A DNA stretch of 64,000 nucleotides, from IMG/VR virus record IMGVR_UViG_3300037067_020175, one strand, 5' to 3'. The stretch is from an uncultured virus (IMG/VR IMGVR_UViG_3300037067_020175) (taxonomy: Duplodnaviria; Heunggongvirae; Uroviricota; Caudoviricetes). The translations under genes and the position numbers were made by a program. Shown here piece by piece: positions 40,572-50,489 of the stretch (the stretch's first letter is position 1; each line of letters starts with the position of its first letter). The notes beneath the pieces were generated by a model that had not been told where the DNA came from, made no database searches, and saw nothing but the letters and a program-made list of their open reading frames with translations.

Positions 40572-42170
40572 TTATGCATTCTGGTAGTTTCTCTCAAGCG
40601 GAGCTACAAGCGATATACTATTGGTGATAGACCTTGCGATGTTCCCGGTAGCTTTTACGAATTGTCCGGTTTCGAGACCAATACCAACTACTGTTATCGG
40701 TGCGTCGTCTGTTGGAGAGGCATTCGGTAAAGTATTACCTCGCTGGATATTCGTGTCGTAAGCGAAGGTGTGAGTTACCGTAGCATCCCCATCCACTACA
40801 GACCCCATAATCTGAGTGAGTGTCCCACCGGTATCTGCGGTTTCCGTTTCCTCAGCATGTGTGAGTGCATATGAGAAGTGAGTCCCGTCCGATGTCGCGC
40901 TTACAGTGAAAATACCATTATACCCGGATCCACCAATACCAGCGACACGCACTATATCATCAATAACAAGACCATGCGCTGTGGCAGTAGTTATTGTTGC
41001 TACGTTTGCAGCGCTGCAAGCACGGTGCGTGGATGTTACTGCGTTTGATGTATCCACGAGGATGGCATTCGATGTCCCATAATCATATCCGAGATTGCTT
41101 CCTGAGTCATCATTGGTGAAATATACCCAGTATCTGGCATCTGCATCGTTGACAAGATTGTCTCCAAAGTTGATTGTGAGCACAGCCGTGTATGGAAATG
41201 TCAGTTCGGCTCCGAGGTCATCGACAAACACCAGTCTGTTCACATCGTTGCTCAGGTAGTTGTCTATAAAAACACCGCCCTCTGTGACTGCAACCGTATA
41301 GAGCGTGTCACCAACGAATCTCAATAATGCACCGGTCTTCTTACCCGTTTGTGTTCCGGCACCATCGTCGATATCGGTAGCCTGTCTAAGCTCGTGCTGG
41401 ACAAATTCGAATATTTGTTCCGCTGTTCCGCTGTTGCCATCGATTATAACATGGAAGTCGTAGTCGGTGCCTCCGATATCTCTTGTCTGGGCAGTTCCGT
41501 ACCACGTTATTGTCATTCCGGTGTATGGCGCATTTCCTTCAACATATGTATCATCGTGAGTAATCTTAGGGTCACTTGCATTTGCAAGTGGGAAACGGTA
41601 CGCCTGATATGTCATCACGGTAGCACCGATATCGCTCAATTGTGAGAATGCATACGTTTTCTGGTAGATACGACAGTATATTTTGAAGTAGCTGCGATAA
41701 TCGAAGCTTCCGTGGGTTACATCCCCGTAAATTTTAACGGCTTGGTTTACAGCTCCGGTTAACTGGAAGTTAGCGGTGCTTCCACCACTCGACTGTAGGA
41801 AGTATGCCTGATCTGTACCTCCGATGCTGCCAAGAGATATGATACCAGCCCATTCTTCCTGAGAAACACCACCCGTGTCTTTTAAAGCCCATCCTCCGTT
41901 TCGAAGGAGATATCGTGTGGTATCATCTTCCCAGTCCCACCCGTTTACCATTTCGAATTGTTCGTCGGTAATTGGTGACATCGGGAACGGGAATTTGATA
42001 TATGTCGAACTCGATTTCCACAATTCTTTCAGCTTACTGTACACGCACTTCAGCGTAACCCCGTCACTTGTCAAAGAACCAGCTACAACCAATTGTACCG
42101 TTTTTCCCGAAGTGTCGATCACTATATTCGTTGGGTCTACAAGATCGTCAGGATCTGTTAACATTGTCAT
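40572..42170 (-). CDS. Putative virion fibre/spike protein
   Basis: Thr/Gly-rich; ATITTATAHGL..DDIV....GYNGIFTV module. Confidence 0.6.
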   Translation of the reverse strand: MTMLTDPDDLVDPTNIVIDTSGKTVQLVVAGSLTSDGVTLKCVYSKLKELWKSSSTYIKFPFPMSPITDEQFEMVNGWDWEDDTTRYLLRNGGWALKDTGGVSQEEWAGIISLGSIGGTDQAYFLQSSGGSTANFQLTGAVNQAVKIYGDVTHGSFDYRSYFKIYCRIYQKTYAFSQLSDIGATVMTYQAYRFPLANASDPKITHDDTYVEGNAPYTGMTITWYGTAQTRDIGGTDYDFHVIIDGNSGTAEQIFEFVQHELRQATDIDDGAGTQTGKKTGALLRFVGDTLYTVAVTEGGVFIDNYLSNDVNRLVFVDDLGAELTFPYTAVLTINFGDNLVNDADARYWVYFTNDDSGSNLGYDYGTSNAILVDTSNAVTSTHRACSAANVATITTATAHGLVIDDIVRVAGIGGSGYNGIFTVSATSDGTHFSYALTHAEETETADTGGTLTQIMGSVVDGDATVTHTFAYDTNIQRGNTLPNASPTDDAPITVVGIGLETGQFVKATGNIARSITNSISLVAPLERNYQNA

Positions 42171-42340
42171 ACTGTAATACCTCGTATAATGTAATTCGGA
42201 TTGGAAAGTGTTATCTCTTTTCCGAATGTTCTACGGGATACAACACCCATCGAATACCCGTCATCAAAGACTATGACACTTTGAGATTCATCTATTATAG
42301 TTCCACGGTGTTTTCCATCTGTAGTTTCTATTATCCGCAT
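42167..42340 (-). CDS. Small hypothetical protein (57 aa; not in ORF track)
   Basis: MRIIETTDGKHRG...; GGTGA RBS; ATGA overlap with next gene. Confidence 0.55.
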   Translation of the reverse strand: MRIIETTDGKHRGTIIDESQSVIVFDDGYSMGVVSRRTFGKEITLSNPNYIIRGITV

Positions 42341-42354
42341 CATGTATATATCAC

Positions 42355-45300
42355 CTACGCTGGATTCAGGTATTGCCTGTCAATGAACTGCTGTACCGGT
42401 ATTGTAAGTCCATCAGATCCTAATATCTGGTTTGTATATGAAACCGCGAGATATCCGAGAGCAAATACCCTGATGTAAACATTTATATCCCCACCAGTAA
42501 CCCACGTGTAGTTATATGTAAACGTTCCGGTAGTTACATCTTCTTGCCCGGATATCTCTACATCATCTGAGGTGCGGTACACTCGCACTTCGGTGTTGTT
42601 CTGCAACCCGGTGAGAGACAGAGTTGCATCTACAGTATCAAGTGGGTATAGGTTTGAGCTTTGTGCAGCAGCAGTGGATGTTGTATCGATTCTAAGATAA
42701 GTAATAGCATTAGCATCAGTGCCGATTGCTGTTATGCGTATTTTCATTTTAAATCCGATTGCTGGATTTATGCCACTTATAGCACTCAGATTACTGCCTG
42801 TTGCTTCCGTCCATGTACTGCTATATCCACTTCCTTTATCAATGTCGTATTCTATGGTAAAATTGGATAATGTCGCACCGGACATTGTTGGTGTTGAGTT
42901 AACAAACCCGGTATGCCCAAGTCTGAATACGCTGTCCTCCCATATTGCCTGATACCCTATTGTACCAAGTAAAATTCCACCAGCAGAATTCCATTTTGCA
43001 GTCCCAGAAACCATTGTGAAAAAAGATGTAGTTTCTGCGGTTGGCTCGTTGAATGCAAGAATATATCTTCCGGTGACATCGCCTATGAACATATCACGGA
43101 AATGTGTCCCGTATACGGATGCCTGACCGGTTGTGGTATTCTGACCACTTCTTATATTTTTTGAAATGGAGTTAAGTCCAGCGTCTATGAATGGAGATAC
43201 AGCCATTGTAGTCCAGACATATCCACCATCATACATATGTTCGTAGATAACATTCTTGTCAGAGTTGATGGTTGTAGCAGTACCGGTTCTTGTTAAATCG
43301 AGATAGATTCTTTGGACTTTAACTGTATCATTGTTTCCACCGGATACATATGGAATCCCAAGACCATATAGACTCGATCTCCATGTTCCACCACTCAGTG
43401 GTGATGCAAATGTTCCAACATTTCTAATCTTTATATTACTCGAAGCTGTGACGCTGAATATTCCGGTATACGGGTGGTTGTTTGGAGCAGTTCCTTTGTA
43501 TCCAAATGCCACACCATCCACAATAATGTTGTTGCTTTTCGTAGCAATTGTTATAGCGTATAACCCGCCAGTACTGTTAGTGAACCCGATGTAATTATCA
43601 CAATGATCGGTATCAGTTAATGTACAATTGGTTGAACCGGTCAATGTAATTCCTGAATTCAAACTGCAAAACGATGATGTAGTAATAGAGTCGCAATACG
43701 TCAATTGGATCGATTTTCCAGTTGACCGCGCATATTGGACTACTCCAGCCTTACAATTATATATATTCGTTCCTTTACAATACGACAGAAACATTGCATG
43801 ACCAGATGTAGCTGGTGCGTTTCCTCGCTCGAACTTGCAGTTTTTAATAGTCCCACCCGCGAAATTCGAAGTTTGTGTCGTACAAGCCAAAGCCAATCCG
43901 TAGCAACCATTACCACCATCGTGAATGTCGAGAGGGGATGCACATTCTGATATTATGAGTGTATCCATTATAGCAAAATGGTGGTGCTTCACGAGATAAG
44001 CCTGACCTATATTGTGATACCACTGAGAATAGATATATTCATAGTCGAGATATCCAGCACTCGTTGTGGTAATTTCCGGTCTCGATCTCACGGTAGAATT
44101 TGGAGCACTGTTTGTTGCTCTCGTAGCGGTTGCGCATTCGCGGAGAAATACATTGGGTATTCTTGTCCTTAGTCCGGAATCTGGGATAAATCCTATCGTT
44201 TGCTTTATCGTAACATTCCCGGAATCTGCCGATGCGCCATTATTGCAGACCACATCGAATGTGTCTGTAGCGACAGCAACAATTGGGTATACTCCATCAA
44301 CCCCAGATCCCGATGTGAAGTCAAGATAGACGCGATTTCCGACAGCAAGCCCGTGAGCTGCATAGGTAATACGGTATCTCGAATATACAGATACGTTTCC
44401 AGATATGCTGGCTGATTGTGCATATTTAATATTATATCCGTTTGCACCGGTTACGGCATAAATTTCGTAATTTCCGTCTACTCCAGACCCGGATGTGAAA
44501 TCGCAATAAACCACATCCCCAGTACCCAGAGTGTGTGCAGTAAATGCAATTGAAATTCCAGCTCTTACCGTAACGTTACCCCCGGTTCCACTTCCAGCTA
44601 GCGAAACTGTATATGTATATGGATCTATTACGGTTACTGTATATAACCCATCGGATGAAGTTGCATCACCAGATGTGAAATCGAGATATACCTGATGTCC
44701 GGTTTTCAACAAATGCCCGGTTGCATAGGTTACTGTTACCAGATCCGAAGCCCACGTATAGGTGCTTGAATGCGAAACTGTTGCATATGTACCATTCTGT
44801 GATGCAACATTTGCATATGTTGCCGACAGGTTGGATGATTCAGCGATCTGCATCTGCCCTGAACCAATCATTTTTACAAATTTCTGGCGTTCGTCCTGCA
44901 TAGTATATGCTGCACCTATATGCCTATATGCCCATCCATTTGCAGAACCGTTTAGTGCCGGAAAGAACCCAAACGAAGTCACCGTGCAGTTTCCACCAGT
45001 TCCGGAACCGGTTAAGGCAAAAGTAAATGTCCCGGTTGTAGGAACAGATGTGATGATATATTCCCCGTCTGTGGTTGCGTCTCCTGTAGTGAAATCTATA
45101 TCCACATTTTGATTAAGTGTGTACCCGTGGTCGGTCAGAGTAACAGTAACAACATTCGCAGCCCATGTATATGTTGATGCTCGCGGGGTTGACCTCTCTA
45201 TCCAGACTCCGGGGCAATATGTGTTTGCTCCTCCACCATTTGTAGGAACTTGCAACACTTGTTCCGCAGACCCGTTGGTATTATCCAGATAGAACCATCC

Positions 45301-45813
45301 TCCACGGATAGTGTGTTTTCCGAGACGAGGGACTGTGATATTTGCGGCAGCATCACAGACGATTTCCATCCATCCGGTCACGTCTGCTGAAAGCGCGGTT
45401 GCTCCAATTCCCGTTAACGCACCTGCTGCAAATGTGCCGGTTACTTCGCGAAATTTTATAAATCCCGTTGCTGGCATTGCAGATCCTGCGGTTGTTGGAG
45501 CACTTGTAAGGCTTGCATATACTCCGAGGATATAGCTTGCAGACACTCCAGCCTGAGTTATAGATGTTCCAATTGCTGGGACATTTCCGGTTCCGGAATC
45601 ATATGCAAGCCATCGTATATTCTGCGCATCGAATATTATTTCCCCTTCACTTATTGTCATTGACCCGAACGAACCAGTCATAGACGCTGGAGAGTAGGCA
45701 TGATATCTGTTGTCTGTTCTTACGGTTAATTTCGCACCTGAGTTTATAGTCCAAGCTTCACCAGCCGTTCTCGATGCAGAATCCAGATACGTATCCGAAG
45801 TTATAGTCGCCAT
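42355..45813 (-). CDS. Large spike/adhesin protein with four HG..G..V..DFTSG...DG.Y repeats and a beta-helix region
   Basis: Repeats visible in translation; 1152 aa. Confidence 0.7.
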   Translation of the reverse strand: MATITSDTYLDSASRTAGEAWTINSGAKLTVRTDNRYHAYSPASMTGSFGSMTISEGEIIFDAQNIRWLAYDSGTGNVPAIGTSITQAGVSASYILGVYASLTSAPTTAGSAMPATGFIKFREVTGTFAAGALTGIGATALSADVTGWMEIVCDAAANITVPRLGKHTIRGGWFYLDNTNGSAEQVLQVPTNGGGANTYCPGVWIERSTPRASTYTWAANVVTVTLTDHGYTLNQNVDIDFTTGDATTDGEYIITSVPTTGTFTFALTGSGTGGNCTVTSFGFFPALNGSANGWAYRHIGAAYTMQDERQKFVKMIGSGQMQIAESSNLSATYANVASQNGTYATVSHSSTYTWASDLVTVTYATGHLLKTGHQVYLDFTSGDATSSDGLYTVTVIDPYTYTVSLAGSGTGGNVTVRAGISIAFTAHTLGTGDVVYCDFTSGSGVDGNYEIYAVTGANGYNIKYAQSASISGNVSVYSRYRITYAAHGLAVGNRVYLDFTSGSGVDGVYPIVAVATDTFDVVCNNGASADSGNVTIKQTIGFIPDSGLRTRIPNVFLRECATATRATNSAPNSTVRSRPEITTTSAGYLDYEYIYSQWYHNIGQAYLVKHHHFAIMDTLIISECASPLDIHDGGNGCYGLALACTTQTSNFAGGTIKNCKFERGNAPATSGHAMFLSYCKGTNIYNCKAGVVQYARSTGKSIQLTYCDSITTSSFCSLNSGITLTGSTNCTLTDTDHCDNYIGFTNSTGGLYAITIATKSNNIIVDGVAFGYKGTAPNNHPYTGIFSVTASSNIKIRNVGTFASPLSGGTWRSSLYGLGIPYVSGGNNDTVKVQRIYLDLTRTGTATTINSDKNVIYEHMYDGGYVWTTMAVSPFIDAGLNSISKNIRSGQNTTTGQASVYGTHFRDMFIGDVTGRYILAFNEPTAETTSFFTMVSGTAKWNSAGGILLGTIGYQAIWEDSVFRLGHTGFVNSTPTMSGATLSNFTIEYDIDKGSGYSSTWTEATGSNLSAISGINPAIGFKMKIRITAIGTDANAITYLRIDTTSTAAAQSSNLYPLDTVDATLSLTGLQNNTEVRVYRTSDDVEISGQEDVTTGTFTYNYTWVTGGDINVYIRVFALGYLAVSYTNQILGSDGLTIPVQQFIDRQYLNPA

Positions 45814-45823
45814 TACAATTCAC

Positions 45824-46306
45824 CTACAATTTCACATCTTCTCTCTGTTTTGTCCCATATTCTTTCATTGTTGAAATTATACGGACTGTCGCGGTATTAC
45901 CGGTATCGCATTTAATGAATACTTTCTTTATTTTTGGAGCGCGCATGTCTATTTGAATAGAATCACCGGAGTCAAGTGTTGGGTCTCGTGGGATTTGGGT
46001 GAGATAATACAGACCGTCATTTTCTCCATATTCGTTTACATATAGATGTATCGGGTCTGCACCATCGTTGAATAATGTCATTGCAATCCACGGGAGAGAT
46101 GGCATCACGTCCGGATTAAGTTCCAATAAAGAATCTGTGACATCAAACTCATACTTCTTTACAAGATCTGGTATACTATCTTTCATTACAGCTAATTGTT
46201 CGTAAAGAATACCAGCTATATCGTTCAGGAGCTGCGTCTGAATAATAGTAGGGACATATTCTCTCTCCGATAAGAGAATGTCCATTCCCTGTTTCCTATC
46301 TGCCAT
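45824..46306 (-). CDS. Putative jelly-roll-like virion protein
   Basis: PWIAMTLFNDG...IKKVFIKC; layout like 26800 and 27805. Confidence 0.5.
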   Translation of the reverse strand: MADRKQGMDILLSEREYVPTIIQTQLLNDIAGILYEQLAVMKDSIPDLVKKYEFDVTDSLLELNPDVMPSLPWIAMTLFNDGADPIHLYVNEYGENDGLYYLTQIPRDPTLDSGDSIQIDMRAPKIKKVFIKCDTGNTATVRIISTMKEYGTKQREDVKL

Positions 46307-46307
46307 T

Positions 46308-46616
46308 CTAATGCACCTTTCTTGAGATTGTGATTACCCGTTCGCGCCCGAGCCAATCAGTCCACCTTATATTTTCTTCGTTCTCCACTACGGGTTTGTT
46401 AGATTTAAGGATGTCTTTCGCAGTTAATCCGGGGATATCCTTGTAATAATCACGATGTGATCCAAACCCTGCAAAATCCGGAGATGTCGATGAGGTAGGA
46501 ACAATCGACGATACTGATTGCACATTACGGTTAACGAATATCTGGTATACTACAAATCCGACAACGAGAAGTATAGCTCCACCAGCTACGTAAGTAAAAA
46601 TATCGTCGGTCTCCAT
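46308..46616 (-). CDS. Membrane protein with N-terminal TM
   Basis: VAGGAILLVVGFVVYQIF. Confidence 0.6.
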   Translation of the reverse strand: METDDIFTYVAGGAILLVVGFVVYQIFVNRNVQSVSSIVPTSSTSPDFAGFGSHRDYYKDIPGLTAKDILKSNKPVVENEENIRWTDWLGRERVITISRKVH

Positions 46617-46655
46617 TGTATGATACTTGCGCAAAATAGTATTTAAAGGTTATGT

Positions 46656-47255
46656 TTACTTTTTCTGGTAAAGGGATTCCATAGTATTTGTGATTTCTAT
46701 AAGATTGTTGAAAGCTTCGACCTCGTAACCATCCAACCTGAGCTTCCCTATTCCGTCTATGAGGTCTTTGGTCTCATTCAGGTACATGCGCACGAATCCG
46801 CTTTCGAATCCTTCCATATCCATGAGATTGTCTATGCGGTCACAAATTTTAACCAGAACAGCAAAACGCGGAGTGTGGCTGCTTATGAGTCTCTTGATAC
46901 AGTCCTTGTTCTTAACAGAACGTGGGTGCAGGTCGTCGTTCTTTGTCAGCGCGAGCACGGCATCCGTGATCTGAGTCTTCTCTATATCAGTGAGATGCAT
47001 GTCGTTCATGGCTTGGTTGTATATCGCACGACCTTCATCCCCGCAATCTTCGAGGATATCGTGCATCCATGCTGCGATTGCTGAGTGGTATGCCGTAGGG
47101 TTATAGAATATCACCAGTTGCGCAACCCGCGCAGGGTGGACTATATACGGTACATTCTGGTGCTTCCTTACCTGTCCGTCATGGGCAAGTGCCGCAGCAG
47201 TTGAAGCGACCTTTAACGCTTGTATGTATTTAAATGATTTTACCATTGTTTTCAC
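46656..47255 (-). CDS. HD-domain small alarmone hydrolase (Mesh1/SpoT-like)
   Basis: AHDGQVRK..PYIVHP..V...AAWMHDILED...VKICDRIDNL. Confidence 0.85.
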   Translation of the reverse strand: MKTMVKSFKYIQALKVASTAAALAHDGQVRKHQNVPYIVHPARVAQLVIFYNPTAYHSAIAAWMHDILEDCGDEGRAIYNQAMNDMHLTDIEKTQITDAVLALTKNDDLHPRSVKNKDCIKRLISSHTPRFAVLVKICDRIDNLMDMEGFESGFVRMYLNETKDLIDGIGKLRLDGYEVEAFNNLIEITNTMESLYQKK

Positions 47256-47265
47256 CTACTTGTGA

Positions 47266-47340
47266 TTCTCCCGGTCAGATTTGAACTGACGTTTTCGGGG
47301 TCAAAGCCCAATGTGATTGACCAGACTACACTACGGGAGT
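47266..47340 (-). tRNA. tRNA-Gln(TTG)
   Basis: Cloverleaf; loop CT-TTG-AC; A1.A72 mismatch. Confidence 0.85.
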
Positions 47341-47344
47341 GAAA

Positions 47345-47417
47345 CGTCTCTGGCGCGGCTTGAACGCGCGACTTCACCTTCGCAGGGTGATAGTTTGTCC
47401 ATCTATCCTACAGAGAC
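47345..47417 (-). tRNA. tRNA-Arg(GCG)
   Basis: TCACC CT-GCG-AA GGTGA; archaeal-type anticodon. Confidence 0.9.
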
Positions 47418-47420
47418 ACA

Positions 47421-47509
47421 TGCAGCCGACGAGGATCGAACTCGTTCCTCTTGGTATCTTCCTTTTTCAAGTTGGAAGCCAAGTATGCCACCGTTGACAC
47501 CCCGACTGC
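47421..47509 (-). tRNA. tRNA-Gly(TCC) with 17-nt BHB intron (47456-47472)
   Basis: CTTGG CTTCCA|ACTTGAAAAAGGAAGAT|A CCAAG; strict BHB at 37/38. Confidence 0.9.
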
Positions 47510-47514
47510 TCTAA

Positions 47515-47586
47515 TGAGGTCACCCGGATTTGCACCGAGGTGTAAACGTTCCAAACGTCCACGGATAACTTCTACCTCATGACCCC
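47515..47586 (-). tRNA. tRNA-Pro(TGG)
   Basis: GGACG TT-TGG-AA CGTTT; T-loop TGCAAAT. Confidence 0.85.
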
Positions 47587-47682
47587 TTGTATTACTAAAT
47601 CTCAGTGAGAGAAGTATATAAATCTATGCGGTATAATGTAGGAAAGTAAACGAAAAAGAGAGTTTTTGGGTTATGTCGCGCA

Positions 47683-48345
47683 TCATTTGACGACAATAAA
47701 CCTTCTAATGGTCTTGGTCACACTCCCACCATCGTTTGTGACCATAAGTGATATGTCATATCTCCCGGTTAAAAACACCCGTGTATCTACGGAGGATTCG
47801 CTGAATATTTTCCATCCGGATCCGTCATTATACTTCCACATATAATGAACGATCTCCCCGTTAGTTGTAGGGACAATCGATGTGGATGTTAACTTAACGG
47901 TAAGTGGGGAATACCCATATTGTGGAGAAGCTGTGAATGATACCTTAGGGATGTAATCTGTTCGTATGTATGCAGACTTGACCAAAGAACTCTCTCCACA
48001 ACCGTTGGTAACGTTCAACCGTATATCATACTGACCGGGGTTGAACTTCATCGAAGGGTTTTCTAAAGTAGAGAATTGAATCCACACTCTATCCGATGGA
48101 GCCACATCGTGGCTCCTGAAAGACCATTGGTATTTCAAGTATGTCCCGGTAGAATCGCTTGTAAACTTCACATATAACGGGGAAAACCCAGATGTTGCCG
48201 AAGATGAGAACTCTGATATAGGTTCTACACATACGGCAGGTTGTGTTGGTGGTCTCGAATAGTGGCGAGCTGATGCCGGGAGAATTGCAAATCCGGCGAT
48301 CAATACAAGTGCGATAAGAACCGCAAAAATGTGTTTCCTTTGCAT
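47683..48345 (-). CDS. Secreted double-PKD protein
   Basis: Signal peptide MQRKHIFAVLIALVLIAGFAILPASA; two PKD motif sets. Confidence 0.85.
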   Translation of the reverse strand: MQRKHIFAVLIALVLIAGFAILPASARHYSRPPTQPAVCVEPISEFSSSATSGFSPLYVKFTSDSTGTYLKYQWSFRSHDVAPSDRVWIQFSTLENPSMKFNPGQYDIRLNVTNGCGESSLVKSAYIRTDYIPKVSFTASPQYGYSPLTVKLTSTSIVPTTNGEIVHYMWKYNDGSGWKIFSESSVDTRVFLTGRYDISLMVTNDGGSVTKTIRRFIVVK

Positions 48346-48463
48346 AGTTTATCACCATCATTTCTATTTTCGAATATATATAAACACTTGCATTTTGTCC
48401 AAATGTAGTTTTGGGTATATGCTGGCAAATCTTTAAATATTCACGGAGTCATTATAACATATC

Positions 48464-50401
48464 ATGGCATTGTCAATGGGTGGGAATTTAGGCACTATTC
48501 AGGAAGATATTTATATTTACCAGAATTCTACACATACGATGGCTGAATATAATGGTGCTGTAATATCCACATCGCTCATAAGTCTACTGCGCGACGATGT
48601 GGTATTTGCGGCTGCTTTGGACGCATGCCCGGAGTATGGGATAGTCAAAATCCGTGGGGATTTTACATTCGCGTCTACGGTTACTGGGACGAAATCGGTT
48701 ACAATAATATCCATCGGTGGGTCTATTACGATTCCATCGTCTATGAACCACTACGAGGGATTATATGCAACTCAGGATCACCGCGCGTTTGTTTTTACCG
48801 GAACGACATCTCTCCCTATAGTATTAACATCAAATGCTGACAAGTATGCGACAAGCTTAACCATAGAATCCACCAATGGTCTTACTGGTGGTCAACTTCT
48901 ATACATAGGTGATACGTCATCGTATGACGGTTTCTCTTCGTTTCTGAATGGTGAAATTTGCGAGATAGGGTCTATCACGAGTACAACCGTCTGTGCAATA
49001 AACTCTCCAACTCAGTGTGCATACACTACAGCCAACTCCGCATATGTTATTCCAGCCACCCCAATTTCGGTACATCTCGTAGATATCAAATTTGTCGGGA
49101 CTATTTACAATTCATTTGCTGTAGACTTTGTATATTGCAAAAACAGCTCCGTAAAAGGATGTACATTTGATACCATCACATTTTGTTGTGTGAGAGTTGA
49201 CAACTGCTATAATGTGGATATATCTGGAAATGGATTTTCACATTGTTCTTTTAACTACGGGTATGGGATTGTAATATATAAAGGGTCTAAGTTCGTAGAC
49301 ATCCATCACAATCATTTTTCTCCGATGCTAAACGCAATTACATCCGGTCTTATTTCATACAGTGGCGGATCTCTTCCGGGGATACCAAGTGAAATACGAA
49401 TCTATGAGAATACTATAATTGTTGCCCCGATTTACACGCAGCTTGCATATACCCAATATATATATAATAATGTTATAAAAGGGTCTGCGATTACTGGAGG
49501 TGGATTGGATCTTCTTATCGAGGGGAATACATTCTACAAATGCAATACCGTTTTCGTACCAAATCTCTATATAAGTGGGAAAAAATTGACAATCAGAAAT
49601 AACCGTGTGTTTTTTGATGAAGTATCCGACTGTATTATTTCTGCAACTTCCGGTGGTGCTACGAGAAATTATACGTCAATGGATATAGAGGGTAATGAGT
49701 GTTGGGGTGGAAATATTGCTAAACTATCATCAACACCTATATCCACTCTTGTAATACGGAATAATACTATCAATTCTGTTACTGCAACGAATATTGCAGG
49801 AGCAAATCACGGGATATCAGTGAATGGGGGAGCAACCAACATTTACCCCGACACGTGCGTTGACGGGAACTTTATAACCGGTGTTGGGGGTAACGGAATA
49901 TCCCTTACGAATGTAATTGGAACGTGCCGAAACAATCATATTTACAATCCGGGTAGAATTGGTGCAGGTACTAATTATGGGATATTATTAACACAAACCA
50001 CAACCGGGTTGTGTAATGTCTTATGTGGTGGGAACAGAATTGAGAGTGCGTCATCAGATTTCATGACGTATGGTATTGGGGAAGCTGTTGCTGATGCTTC
50101 TAAGGTTACAAATACTATACCAAATAACTACATATTGAACGCAGTGACATCAAAATATCTCGTCGCTGGTACATATACCGGTGGGATGGAAAAATCTGGT
50201 GTTACGGCAAGCGTCGCGTGGAACGGAACGATTGCTCACGGACTCGGTACAACTCCGAAGTGGGCTATAGTAACGCCATCGACAGCAAGTGAATTTGCTT
50301 CAGTTACTACACTCGATGCAACAAATATCACCGTGTCAGTCAAGAAGCATGATAATACAAATGGAACCACACAGACTCTTTACTGGTCTTGTGGTCTTTA
50401 A
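48464..50401 (+). CDS. Right-handed beta-helix tailspike-like protein
   Basis: Stacked I..N.I repeats; C-terminal IAHGLGTTP. Confidence 0.75.
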   Translation: MALSMGGNLGTIQEDIYIYQNSTHTMAEYNGAVISTSLISLLRDDVVFAAALDACPEYGIVKIRGDFTFASTVTGTKSVTIISIGGSITIPSSMNHYEGLYATQDHRAFVFTGTTSLPIVLTSNADKYATSLTIESTNGLTGGQLLYIGDTSSYDGFSSFLNGEICEIGSITSTTVCAINSPTQCAYTTANSAYVIPATPISVHLVDIKFVGTIYNSFAVDFVYCKNSSVKGCTFDTITFCCVRVDNCYNVDISGNGFSHCSFNYGYGIVIYKGSKFVDIHHNHFSPMLNAITSGLISYSGGSLPGIPSEIRIYENTIIVAPIYTQLAYTQYIYNNVIKGSAITGGGLDLLIEGNTFYKCNTVFVPNLYISGKKLTIRNNRVFFDEVSDCIISATSGGATRNYTSMDIEGNECWGGNIAKLSSTPISTLVIRNNTINSVTATNIAGANHGISVNGGATNIYPDTCVDGNFITGVGGNGISLTNVIGTCRNNHIYNPGRIGAGTNYGILLTQTTTGLCNVLCGGNRIESASSDFMTYGIGEAVADASKVTNTIPNNYILNAVTSKYLVAGTYTGGMEKSGVTASVAWNGTIAHGLGTTPKWAIVTPSTASEFASVTTLDATNITVSVKKHDNTNGTTQTLYWSCGL

Positions 50402-50413
50402 AAACTATTTTTA

Positions 50414-50489
50414 TGGGACTGGTGCGATTTGAACGCACATCAACGCGGTTTTGGAGACCGGCACTCTTATCCAGTTAAGCTACAGCCCC
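50414..50489 (-). tRNA. tRNA-Trp(CCA), intronless, C27.C43 mismatch
   Basis: CCGGT CT-CCA-AA ACCGC; G1 is the last base of the pth2 TAG. Confidence 0.9.

Noticed and set aside
39766..45813. Diversity-generating retroelement targeting the spike genes
   Set aside because: No reverse transcriptase and no TR/VR pair with adenine-specific mismatches were seen.
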